Source of the DNA: Eledone cirrhosa
Lineage: Eukaryota
Direction of reading: 5' to 3'
Length of the DNA stretch: 64,000 nt
Assembly: GCA_964016885.1 (NCBI GenBank)
Contig: OZ024742.1
Span: forward strand, 264,554,001 to 264,618,000
The stretch's first letter is position 1; every line of letters starts with the position of its first letter. Below are positions 12,488-24,742 of the stretch, piece by piece. Made by a program: the position numbers and the translations under genes. Under the pieces are notes generated by a model. That model saw nothing but the letters and a program-made list of their open reading frames with translations. It made no database searches and was not told the DNA's origin.

Positions 12488-12952
12488 GGCTCAAATTGTT
12501 TTTTTTTTCTAAGTGTAATTTGGTTGGTTGATGACTGTCACGTGAATAAGTACATCAAATTTCACGCCAGTTCGTGTTTGAGAGTTCTTTATTGCCATTT
12601 TCACAGTCACATATAATATAGGTGCCAGAAAAGGATGGTTTGGCGTAGAAAGTTATATGCCAAACAAGAGATTGTGGTCAAGAAATGGGACGGGGAGAAA
12701 TAGGTCTGGTTCAGTGAGTATGGCTGATGTCGTGATGAGGTGTCAAAATTCAGACTTTCTAGTGAAATAAATTGTATGTTTGTGTCAATAGTGGTGGTGG
12801 CAGTGATGGTAGTGGCCACATTTCTTAAGGCAAATACAATAAGAACTTTGGAACACAAACTGGCAACTGGCACGAAATTTATTATACTTATTCTCATGAC
12901 AGTAATTAACCAACCAAATTATTTTAAAAAAAAACCCCCAGCAATTCGAGCC
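12488..12952. repeat. Diverged ~110-bp inverted repeat (MITE-like)
   Basis: 12488-12597 is the approximate reverse complement of 12829-12952 (AATTTGGTTGGTT/AACCAACCAAATT, TGGCTCAAATTG/CAATTCGAGCCA). Confidence 0.7.
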
Positions 12953-13393
12953 ACTCTTTCCACATAGAACAGAAAGAACTTTCGAACACAAACCAGATGC
13001 AACACAAACTACAAATCCTCTATCTCATTTGTACTTTTGAAAAGCATAAGAACTGTGAAAATGGTAAAGGAAATAAATATTCTTAAAAAGTTGCATTTTC
13101 GATTTCTTTTCTTTATACTTTCACCCGTGTAGGACAACTCCTATTTTTATTAAAAAAAACCTCATTTTCTTATATATATATATATATACATACAATATAT
13201 TGCTAATGCAACGTACATAATATTTCATTGTTATAATTGATTATATGGGTTTTATGCAAGATATTAAAATTTTTGAACATATAACAATATTTATGCGAGT
13301 TCCCTCTGCTTTGGTATTTTAGTGCCAAATTTGCATTGAGGGGTTATTAGTCAACAAGGCAATATTTTTTATATATCGATATTTACATTGCAT

Positions 13394-14967
13394 ATCATCA
13401 TCATCATCATCATCAACGTTTAACGTCCGTGTTCCACGCTTGCATGGGTTTGGACGGGGGTTTTCCCACTTGAGGCAAGAGTGATTATCTTGCTCGCATA
13501 GGACTATCTGGCGGGTTTTCTACAGCTGGATGCCCTTCCTAACACCAACCACATTTACAGTGTGGGGCTGGGAGGTTTTTACCGTGTTGCCTACACGGCC
13601 ACATTACAGCGTGGACTGTCTGGCAGGTTTTCTACAGCTGGATGCTCTTCCTAACACCAACCACATTTACAGTGTGGGGCTGGGAGGTTTTTACCGTGTT
13701 GCCTACACGGCCACATTACAGAGTGGACTGTCTGGCGGGTTTTCTACGGCTGGATGCCCTTCCTAACACCAACCACATTTACAGTGTGGGGCTGGGAGGT
13801 TTTTACCGTGTTGCCTACACGGCCACATTACAGCGTGAACTGTGTGTTTTTTTGACGTGACACCTACACGATCTCATTTGTTTCCACCTGGATGTTGTGG
13901 CACCAACATAACTTTACATTGAAAGGGGCGGTGTGGATGGGGTGGGGGTGTATTTTGTTAGAGATGCCTACTGGCTGTAGTAGGTTTTACTTTGTATTTA
14001 GGTAAGGCGGGTCTTCTCTATTACTGAGTACCGTCAAAGGTCTCGGTCCAGTGACATTGTCTTGGAGAGGTGTAAGTGTGTGAGGTCGGAATTTATCAGC
14101 TCGTCCCAGGTTTTTCTGGGTCTGCCTACTCTGTGGCTACCGTCTATCTTTATTGCCCTGTACTTTGTTATACAGCTATCGTCCTTCATGCGCATCACGT
14201 GACCATACCAACGTAGCCTTCTCTCGAGTAAACAACATCTGATCCCTCTTATTTCTAATTTTTTCCTTAGTTCACTTATGCTTTGCCGTTCACGTATATT
14301 ACTATTACACATCCAGCGGAGCATGCAAGCTTCGTTTCTCTCTAGTCTGCGTATATCCTCTGCACACAATGCCCAGGTCTCACTGCCATGCAACATTGCT
14401 GTTCGTATGCAGACATCGTACAACCTGCCTTTCATTTTTAGGGAGAACCCTTTAGCGGCTAATAGTGGTATAAGCTCTCTGAACTTTTTCCATCCAGTTC
14501 TGACTCTAGCCACAGTACTTTCAGAGCACCCTCCCCCACTGCTGATTTTGTCACCCAGGTAACGGAAGCTGTCCACTATTTCTATAGAACCCTCTGCGCA
14601 GTTGAAAGAGCTAGTATTTTGTGGGCACTTGCTGCTACTTATTGCACCAGAGCACCGGCCACATGTGAAATCTATGTTCTTAGTTAGCTTACCTGTGATC
14701 CCACTACATCTTTTATGCACCTATACTTTGCATTTGGGACACAAAATGGAGTTTCTACCTAGACCTTTCCTACACGCTGAGCATGGCCACTTCCCGGAAG
14801 GGACCGCCATCTTATTTTCTTTCTTACAAACTAGAACTTTAGTCTTAGCCAGGTTAATTTTAAGGCCTTTTGATTCTAGGCCGTGCTTCCATGTTTGGAA
14901 TTTCTTCTCTAGCTCGGCCATTGATTCAGCTATGAGTGTTAGGTCATCTGCGTATAGGAGTTCCCAT
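13394..14967 (-). mobile_element. 5'-truncated copy of the PHD-bearing RTE (family A)
   Basis: Closely matches 59142-60506. One TGG>TAG stop at 14721-14723; (GAT)n tail; 5' junction runs into (TA)n. Confidence 0.97.
13501..13836. repeat. Three tandem 112-bp units in the RTE 3' UTR
   Basis: GGACT(A/G)TCTGGC... restarts at 13501, 13613 and 13725; the other family A copies have one unit. Confidence 0.95.
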
Positions 14968-15707
14968 ATCTATATATATATCTATATCTATATCTATATA
15001 TCTGTGTGTGTGTGTATGTGTGTGTGTAAAAGGTAAACAGAAAAAAACTAAAATAATAAAACAAACGGCACAGTACATGGAAGGAACCAGTTTTAGAATT
15101 TTGTTTATCAACTTTCCACTTTTATTTTACAATATCTTTAGAAAATAATCATAAAGAAAATCCCCAAATACTACATGAATGACAGTTTTTGTTGCTTTAT
15201 GATGATGATATTGTTGTTGTGAGTTAAATAAACCAGTTTGGGTAGACTTTAATGATATAAGGAGTGTATTCTGGCTATGAAATTATAATACTGTACTGTG
15301 GAAATGGGTAGGTACATAAGGTAGATTGTTAATAAGATAATGCCTACTCAAAAACGTCACATGTTTTGAATTTTTACAGTGCTTTGTGTTTTTACAAAGT
15401 TGGTAATCCATTTTATCATTAGTGTTGTAATTGTCACCAATATTTCATTCAATATCACCATCAACATTGTCATTGCTGCCTTCATCATTGACAATTTCAT
15501 CAATGATTAAATATTTGTCAATTTTGCTTTAGAAACAATTAGATGGAGAGAAGACATGGAGGAGGTAATTAAATACATAGAGAAAATGTCATTTGCCCAT
15601 GCCAGATTTAATAATAGCGATGATGATAATTATGATTTAAGTGATAATAATCAAAATATCATGGAATTAATAAAGTAATAACCCAATAATAATAATAATA
15701 GTAATAA

Positions 15708-15885
15708 TTGTTTCTACTTATGTCACAAGGCCAGCAATTATCCCAGTGTATTACTGGTACTTTATTTTATCGACCCCGTAAGGATGAAAGGCAAAGTTAA
15801 CCTCGGCAGGATTTGAACTCAGTCTGTAAAGGGACGTAACTGTGCTGCAAAGCATGGCGTCTGACCCTCTACCGATACTGCCGAA
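15708..15885 (-). mobile_element. tRNA-derived SINE, type 1
   Basis: Reverse complement of the 33326-33511 element (CGACCCCGTAAGGATGAAAGGCAAAGTTAACCTCGGC..GATTTGAACTC). Confidence 0.88.
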
Positions 15886-16027
15886 CCAGACCACAAACAC
15901 CACCACTATTAAGAGGACAATCACTTAAGGACATTTGGGAATCCTACAGATCACAATTTACCTTTACTACTAAGAGTAACAAATACCATCTCTCAAATGT
16001 GTTCTACTACCTACAGGTGAATACTAA

Positions 16028-16345
16028 CAGTAGGTCCATTTACTCAAGCTTCACCCACCATCATCACCAACGATTAGGTCCCTTTACTCACCATCACCCA
16101 CTTTTAGATCCCTTCATTCAAACATTACCATCTTCACTCTCTTTTAACTCCAGTCACTCAGGCCTTACTCACTGCCATCACCCACTTTTAGCTCCATTCA
16201 CTCAACACTGCCACGACCTCTCATTTTAGGTCCATTTATTCAAGCCCTACTCAGCCCCACCACCTCTCACTTTTAGGTCCATTCATCGCCACCACCCACA
16301 TTTAGGTTCCTTCACTGTAGTGTTACTCACCATCTTCACCCACCT
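16028..16345. repeat. Degenerate minisatellite
   Basis: Recurrent TTTTAGGTCCATTTACTCA and CACCATCACCCACT motifs at irregular ~30-60 bp spacing. Confidence 0.7.
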
Positions 16346-17289
16346 TTTCAGCAAATTTACTAGAGGTCAGCACCCTAATAAAATGAAAACACATAACACA
16401 ATTCACCGAACACATCTCTAACACAATTACCACCCCAAAAAATCAACTCTCAATGTGTATAATGATAATAAATCTGTTCTGATTATTTAATTGGCATAAA
16501 AAATAGTCCAAAAGTAGATACTAATAACAGTGCTACTTTTAAGTTAATGATGAAATATACACTTTTAATTAATGGCATCCATACAGATTTGTTCAATTTC
16601 AGTTAATTTTGTTTGTTTGCTTGTTCATAGAATTAACAATTAACTCCAGCAAATTGGTTCTCTTTGAAGTCGATACTTCAATAAAACTCTAATCTTGTAA
16701 AAATATTGTAAAATGGTTTCTTTCTAAATGGATCCTTGTACAATTCCAGATCAATAGTTGAATATATGCTGAACCACCCGAACTAGCACCAGCACCACCT
16801 TCATAATCTAATCAGCATCATTATCATCATAATTGGCATTATCATCATCACCATCATGAACCACAAGATGTTTGTATGCAAACAACTGCAAAATATTATT
16901 GCTGTTATCATCATAATTTTCATCAGATAATATCTTTCTTATCATCATTGTAACTGGAAGGAATGAAATCACTTACATTACTAGTAAAGGCCATTCTTCA
17001 GCTGATGTTATATGGTGTGTGTGTGTGAATCAATGATGCTTGAAAAAGGGGAGTATGGTATATAGTCTAAGATGGTAATTTTAAATCAGACTGGGGTGTG
17101 ATTAAGAAATGAGTTGGAGGTTAGCATGTTACAGAACAAACAGGGAAAGGAAAATAATTCTACAATGAACATTGTCTTAAAGAAACTGGCCTGGCCTATC
17201 TCATACCTCCATACTAACACCACTAACTACATTCTAGCACATTTTGTAATTATCATTTTTATTTGGAGGATGGAGCTGTGTCCATGGCT

Positions 17290-17520
17290 CTTATAGTTAG
17301 TTTAAGATCAATATGGTAATGTTCCTTTTGAATAGTTGCAAGAGAAATATATGAGCAGGAGTAGAGAGGAAATTGCAGGAATAGTGGTTAGTGTAGGATG
17401 TAGGGAGATGAACACAATAGTCTGACATAAGGGAGACAGATGGGTGATTTAGGTGTCCTTGGGTGGCAGTGGTAGAAGTCCAACTATCTTTGAAGAGTAG
17501 AAGTCACTGCATGTGAGGTG
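17290..17520 (-). mobile_element. Possible CR1/Jockey-group LINE 3' relic
   Basis: Broken peptide ...YCVHLPTSYTNHYS...LQLFKRNI..IDL resembles CR1-type C-termini. Confidence 0.4.
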
Positions 17521-20500
17521 AAAAAAGCAGAGGGAGAGAAAGAGAGAGGGGGGAGGCAGATATCATTACTGTAGGCCAGAGGTAGCATATGTCAGTGAGC
17601 AACTTCATACTAAACTGTCAGATAGCCTTCTGCAACAATATATATGTAAAATCTATATAATTTGTGAATCGGTATATATACTTAGAATCAAGTGTTTCCC
17701 ATTTATAACATAGATCTGTGGTCCAAATAAAGATAAAGACGTTCCAGTTTAATCAGATAATATTCTAACTTGTTAATTAAATAAAACCTTATATATTTCA
17801 TAGTCTATGTGTAAACAAATAATTCTACATGGTTTAATTTTATAAAATTGTGAAAAATGAGTCATGTGATTAAAAATGAAATAACAAAAATTAATAATCC
17901 AATTTTCCTAATAAGAACAATTTAATAGATGTATAAAACTAATTATATGACTATATGTGTTATAAAATGTTATAACTTGAGTGTGTTATAGGTTGCTAGA
18001 AGTATTGTAGAAAGTGTAGAAAATAGTGGAGGGGTTATCCTGAAGTATTAAAGACTAATTAAACATCAAAGGACAATTAAACAAATATTAAGGACTAATT
18101 AAACAACTATGTCAGGTTACGCTTCTGCCTGCTACTGTACCATATAACCCAGTACAATCTGCTTCATGGTGGAATGATTGGTGACAAAACAGGCTCCTCC
18201 ACCAGACCCTGGTCTAGTTAGGAGGGTAAGGTGAACATCACCAGCACAAAAACAAAACAAGCACTGTTAAAGGTAAGATGACCTTCTCAGAATTAATAGC
18301 CATCCACCTCAACTATGGGTTAAATAGCTTCAACAACCTGCAATTGGCCAAGTACGGTAAGTACGGTTACACTCCTGGAAACATGATCAAAACCAAATGT
18401 GGTGGAGATCAATCAGGAAGGAGTTCCTCCAACAGCAGTGAGAAGGCCCTGGATTTTCTTTTTTTTAGATAGTAAGGTTTGATTTGAGAGAGATTTGCCT
18501 GCTATTTTTAGCAGATCAAACGACCATTTTAGAGGCTCCCTTATCAGCTTGGATGTTTAATTAATGTTTGGCATGAACGTTAAATTAATGTTTGCGGTGG
18601 TGGTACTTAAAATTGACAAATTGACTGTTTAACATCTAAATTCAATATTTTGGTTTTGTCTTGTTTTGGAATGGGGATGAAGAGAGAATAAGTGTGGAGA
18701 AATGTAAGTGTTTGTTTCCAACTTGTTTGTTTATGTATAGAATTAATTTGCTTATAGTTCATTCTAAATAGCTTGAATTCTTCGCTCAGAATATGGAAAC
18801 AATGTAAAAATGTACGGAATGTTCTGTAAAAAAAATAATAGAAACAAAACAAAAAGCTACACATGTCTCATTGCAAAACCTGTCAAACTTCATTCATTGG
18901 TAAAAGAAGGTGCATTTGGTGTGCAGGAACAGTGAGATAGAGAAGTTGTAAGGTGGGATAAGATAAAAGAGAGAGAAGGAGGGAAATATTTATTCTCTTT
19001 TGGACAGCAAGGGTTAACAGTTGCTAGAATATTTTGTTGATTACATAAAATCTAAAACACATTCATTTGTTGATGGTGATATAATCTTGACCATCATTAT
19101 CATTGTTTTCAACATCATCATTTTCTTCACCATCATCATCATTGTCATCATAATCATCATCATCAATCGCTTTTGATAATCCAGTGCATTATTTTGTATG
19201 TATTCTACAAATGGTCGCTATCCCCTTTGATAAACAAGCTACTGACATGGTTCTTTTCTATAAATAAAAATGCACAACTTTCTGTTATATTATATCATTT
19301 CTCAACTGATTAAGACTGGTAATGTAATTATTCAATTTGGTAAAATAATAATATACCTTTTCTTCTTTCTTCTTGTCATTGTTGGCATTGCCATCATCGT
19401 CAGATTTATAGAATGTTTTTTTTAATATATATTTCACATGCTGGCACAAATTCTGACAGGACTGCCCTGGACACATTTGGCTTCTTTCCAAAGATATAGT
19501 TCACAGAAAATTAATATAGGGTTAGTGGTTTAGTGAATTGATCCTGAAGAAATATTTTTAAGCATCATCAATCTCAGTCTAAATGTGAACTCTGAATTTA
19601 TATTTTAACATTAATCAGCAAATATATCAATGGTTATTAAAGCAAAATATTTATGATAGAAGGGTAGAATTTATGTTTGGTGAATTATCCTTTTTTTAAT
19701 TCTCTCATGCATGATGTATACTATCATAGCCATACAGTCTTCTACTAAAGTGAAAGTCACATCGATAATAACAGCAAACTTTGAAAATGTAGGTGGTATG
19801 TTGTTGGTGAACAACCTGGGTAAATATGAAATATGGAGTTCTAGAAATATAGAGTTGTGTGTATATTTAATTTTACTGAAGAAAAAGTACATATTTAAAA
19901 CATGTAGACAGGGTATTACGCTAGCAACCTAAGGATAGTAAAGACTATATTTGTAATTTTTTTGTTAACAGGGGTGGGTCATGTCTTAACACATTGGGCA
20001 TCAAAAGGCAGGAAATTGTTAGAAGTGTATCACTGTTCTATTTAATATTGAGAGTCAGTTCCATTCTACTATTGGAAGTACTGTTCGATGGTAAAATTAC
20101 TATAGTGTTTGAAAAAGTAAATAAATGTTCAGTAAAGAAATATTGCTTATAAAATGGAAATACAGTTTCTCCAGTGTATATTTTGTGGTGTTGAAGATGT
20201 AGGATTCCAACAGAGGACACATCACCCATAACTATTGCAATTCTATCTAATGTTATGTTTATATGATTAATGGATTCACTTTACAACTATTTGGTCCTGG
20301 GTATAATCTTACTGTGCAGCACCTCAGGCAAGTATCTTCTACCATATCTTTGACTTTTCGAGTACCTTGGGAATGGAATTAGGTTGACAGAATCTCTACA
20401 GAGATCTACCATATATATAAATAATAACCCTTTACTGTGATTCACAATTTAATACTTACATTTGAGAGGGAGAGAGAGTGGATGTTATATAAAGAATTTT

Positions 20501-21086
20501 TTTATTGATAAAATTTAGATTATCACCTCTTATATATATCTACTGTCCATCACAATGTTGTCACCTTGATTTATATAAATATATTTACCAAATGAACACC
20601 ACCATAACAATTGGTGTCTATTGTTCTATTGTTTCTGTTATCAGTTTTGCTAATTCAGATTTATTTAATTCTATCTTAACCCTAAACAATTCAATATGAT
20701 ACACCAATCAAACCATCACTTATTAAACCTATTCAATATTTTTCTTGTCATTTTCTTTTAAAATCCTTCTGGTAGAGCATTGCAATCTGACCTTCTGGAG
20801 GTTTTAGATTTATAACTGAAATTGCTTTCCTATGTGCTTATTATTGTGAACGCAATTGTAACAATCTTCATTTAAAAAAGAAATAACAAGATATGTTTCT
20901 CTTGCTAGAGAAACATTCTTGCCAGCTTGCATACTGAGACACTTTGGCTTTTTCCCAGGATTCTCAGCTTGAAACTCAAGGTGAATGTTAATTCAGTTCA
21001 ACTAACCTGGTCCTCCACATAACTTCCTTAATTTCTTCTCACAGAGTGCTCCAGATTCTATCAAGATTAATTCTAAATATTAACAT

Positions 21087-22105
21087 CGTTATTATAACCT
21101 TTTCTGGGTGGGTAATAATGATGGGTTAGGTGGGGTGGGCATAATTACTGGCTGAGAGATGGATCAATAAGACAATAGAGGTAGTTAGAGTTAGTAATAG
21201 AATAATTAAGCTTAGATTACTTGTAGGCAAGAGACTACTGACAATCATCTCTGCCTATGCTCCCCAGGCAGGCCTAGGTAAAGAAGAGAAAGACTGCTTT
21301 TCTGAGCAACTTTTACAAACAGCCTCAATGATAGAGGACAGAGACGTCGTTATGCTAGCAGGGGACTTCAATGGACATGTTGGACAGCTCCAGGATGGAT
21401 ACACTGGGGTACATGGTGGGCACAGTACAGCTCAAGAAAGGAAGAAGGAGTGAGGCTTCTTGAATTTTGTGATGCAAATGTACTAACCATTTGCAACACT
21501 AACTTCCAAAAGCCTACCAACCAGGTGAGCACATAAGCCAGATTGACTTCCTGCTAGTTAGACAGCGAGACAGACAGATGGTGTCAAATACTAAGGCATA
21601 CCCCAGGGAAGAATGTACCCCACAGCATACGTTAGTCGTTAGTGACATCTCAGTAAGCAAGAGAAAGAATAAGACATACAGGAAGGTGTGGAAAAGAAAG
21701 GTCTGGAAGCTAAAAGATCTTTCATTAAAATATAAATTTAGCAAAGACCTTCAAGATGTGTATGATGAAAAAGAAGACGATTTAAAGCTGTATGACATAG
21801 ATGATAATTGGAATTTCTTGCGTGAAAACTTACTGCAGGCTACTGAAGAAACTTGTGGTTGGGACAGAGCTTCAACCAGACAGAGAGTGACCTGGTGGTG
21901 GAACAGCACGGTAGATAGGGCCATTAGAGACAAAAGACTGGCATGGAAGGCTTGGAAAAATGTGGGAGTAGAGAAGTATACACAGCTGCTAAGAGAGAAG
22001 CTAGACAACAGGTGTACCTAGCACACAGGGAGGCTGAGAGTAGGAGGTTTGCCAATGTTCTGCGATGGGAAGATCAGAGACGTGCAGTATTCCTCATTGC
22101 AAAAT
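21087..22105 (+). mobile_element. Degenerate RTE fragment (APE endonuclease and linker)
   Basis: FWVGNNDGLGGVGI, ISAYAPQAG, AGDFNGHVG, EECTPQH and TWWWNS align to the intact ORF. Confidence 0.92.
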
Positions 22106-22129
22106 TACAGCATTGAAAAATTGGTTATC

Positions 22130-22345
22130 GATCCTTGGCATATACACACCTACTAATGATCCCCAATCAAATGGACAAGCTGTTCAAACCATCAAGCATG
22201 CCTTATCTGCACGGAATCCTATCATTGACAATTGATATCCCCAACTCCATCAAATTCTACTCAATCATTGATCTTCATCAGATGGGAAATCTGCTTCACC
22301 TGGTGAAAAGTTACTTGGAAGACCATTATACACCAGCTGCAATCC
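22130..22345 (+). mobile_element. Gypsy-type LTR retrotransposon integrase relic
   Basis: TPTNDPQSNGQAVQTIKHAL and SPGEKLLGRPLYT resemble the integrase motifs PxHPQSNGxAERxVQTxK and SPAELLxGRxLRT. Confidence 0.65.
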
Positions 22346-22683
22346 ACGATTCATACTGTTTACTAACGTCTGGTCCCTCAACAAGTACATGAAGAAAGTA
22401 AGTCCCGTCATATATCTTGCAATGCAATTGTTGCAAACGGAAAGAAAAGCTGGATAGAAAGTTTTGACCAGTTGTGTCCATCAATGAGAAATTGTCAATC
22501 TACCAAGAACAGAATCAACTTGATGTCAAGCTACGATGACTGCGGCATCGATGTAAAGTAGCTGACAAAGTCCAAACCTCAAAAGCACGGAATTGATGAC
22601 ATAATGATATGAATATTGGGGTGGTGAGTGTCGTGTATTGAACTCATGTATTGAGTTGAAATAGAAATTTATAAATTACTGTT

Positions 22684-22733
<50 letters not shown>

Positions 22734-22734
22734 T

Positions 22735-23500
22735 CTCAAGAAGAAATCTGTGCATGTGTTAAGTGGATTGTTCTTGTGGAGATTATTCAATATCCACCAC
22801 TTTTCATCATTACATAATTTGCAGGCCCATTTAAGTATGGTCGAAATTTTTCTAGTATCTTCCATCTGATAGACAAGTCAATGTTCATGTCTTTGAGTTG
22901 CCATATTTTATTTGCAAAAATTATAGTGTTTCATTTATTTGGGTATTTAAAGGTCATTTTGTGATTGAGGAAGTAGTTTTTAAACTGGCTCTCTGACATT
23001 CCAATGTATTTCCAGAACCCATTTTGGTAATGTTGGTTCAGTGGGGAGACCTCAGCTTTATATATTATTGCTGGGGTGTTGCATTGTTGGTCTAGTGAGC
23101 ATGACATAGGATTTTACAAGAACGTCCACATCATTTGGAGCTCTGTTGTTTACGCAGAAGACATGATTTCATGTTCCTGGCACAGGAGTATTCAATTTTG
23201 ATCATATGACAGCTAAAGATCTGATTGTATTTGTGTCCTGGGGGAAGTGTGTATCAATGTGGGCTGAAATATATTTTCCAACATTAGTTTTGGCATTTAT
23301 CAAGAAGGGTAGTGGAAGAAGCAAATTTTTTTCATTTATTTCTTGTTTTTGTTTCCTATTTGTATTAGGGGAATGACCTGGAGAATAGGAAATATTCTCG
23401 GAGTAGCCGCTATTGTATAAGGCTGTATTATAATAGGGAGGCTGCCCTATCGAAAATGGCTTTGTTAGAAGAGAGGTTAGAGATCTGCCTACTAATATTT
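22735..23500 (-). mobile_element. Degenerate Penelope-like element (GIY-YIG region)
   Basis: LDQQCNTPAIIYKAEV, WKYIGMSESQFK, CKLCNDEKWWIL, YYNTALYNSGY, KTNVGK. Confidence 0.85.
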
Positions 23501-24619
23501 TGATCTGTAACCTCCCTTTTAAATCATGCAATAATGAAAGGATTTAAACTTTTAGATTAATCTACACAATAAGCTATATTTGTAAAAAATGCAGTAAAAC
23601 ATTACTCTCACTACACACAAATGCACTCATACTCTATTATATATCCAACATATTTACTTATACCTCTTTATGACTGCCATCATCATCATCATCATCATCA
23701 TCATCACCATCTTTATCATCACATGAAGATCATTTCATTTTTCTATGCTAGCATGAATTGATCAGTATCGTATGTTGCTAATACTCTCATTTTGTGTCAT
23801 CTTGTTTGTGAGGATTAGCATACTCTTCTTTGATGTCACTACTTCTAGCAATATTCATTGTCAGTTTATACTGCAAGTAGCTCACATTGTGAGTACACAG
23901 CAAGATAAATACGTGTGTGTGTGTGTGTGTAATCTTTTAATGACCATGATTTTTTTTTAAATTTCTTGAAATAATAGTTATCTAAATAAAGTGTGAAGAC
24001 TGACATAATTGTCAGTGGTGGAATGCAAGCTCATATCTCTTTGATGACACCACATAACATTAAACAATAATACATCCTTATGGGGTCAATAAAATAAAGT
24101 ACCAGTAATACACTGGGTAATTGCTGGCCTTGTGCCAAAAGTAGAATCAATTATTAATAATCCAAGAAATTCCACTGACATTACATGATAATATTTCCGT
24201 ATAGATCAAGATTATGATATTAGTAGTTAATCCTAGCATAATTACATGCTTGATATGTTGGTCAGTTGACATTTCCCTTATGCTCTCATAGTTTAATTTT
24301 TCAGAGAAAAATATATATTAACAAACATGATTGATTTTGGAACACTATTATTCCAAACCAAACATAAAGAACTAATACAAAAATATGAAACATCCTTGAA
24401 TAGCTGTTTTTAATATAAGTTTGAAAAACATGCTTTGAAATGTTTGCTTTTAATCCTTTAAGAGTCAATAACATAAAGAACCAGTCAAGTACTGGTGTTG
24501 ATTTAATCACCTTTGCATTTCCCACCAAATTTTCTGGTCTTATGTCTAAATTAGAAATCAATATTACAAATTACAAAGAAAAGCTTTTGCTTATTTACAT
24601 ATTTTTCCATCTAGTAAAT

Positions 24620-24742
24620 TGACTCTCAAGGCTTTGGTTGACCTAAAACTATAGTAGAAGACATTTTTCCAAGGTGATGCACAGTGGAATCAAACACCAA
24701 ACTATATGTTTGCAAATCGATTTTCTTAACCACACAGTCATA
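24620..24742 (-). mobile_element. CORE-type SINE fragment
   Basis: AGAAGACA..CCAAGGTG..GCACAGTGG..CTTAACCACACAGTCAT is the reverse complement of a tRNA head plus CORE start. Confidence 0.55.

Noticed and set aside
13501-13836. Regularly spaced repeats suggesting a CRISPR array
   Set aside because: Whole 112-bp units repeat with no unique spacers, in a eukaryotic LINE 3' UTR.
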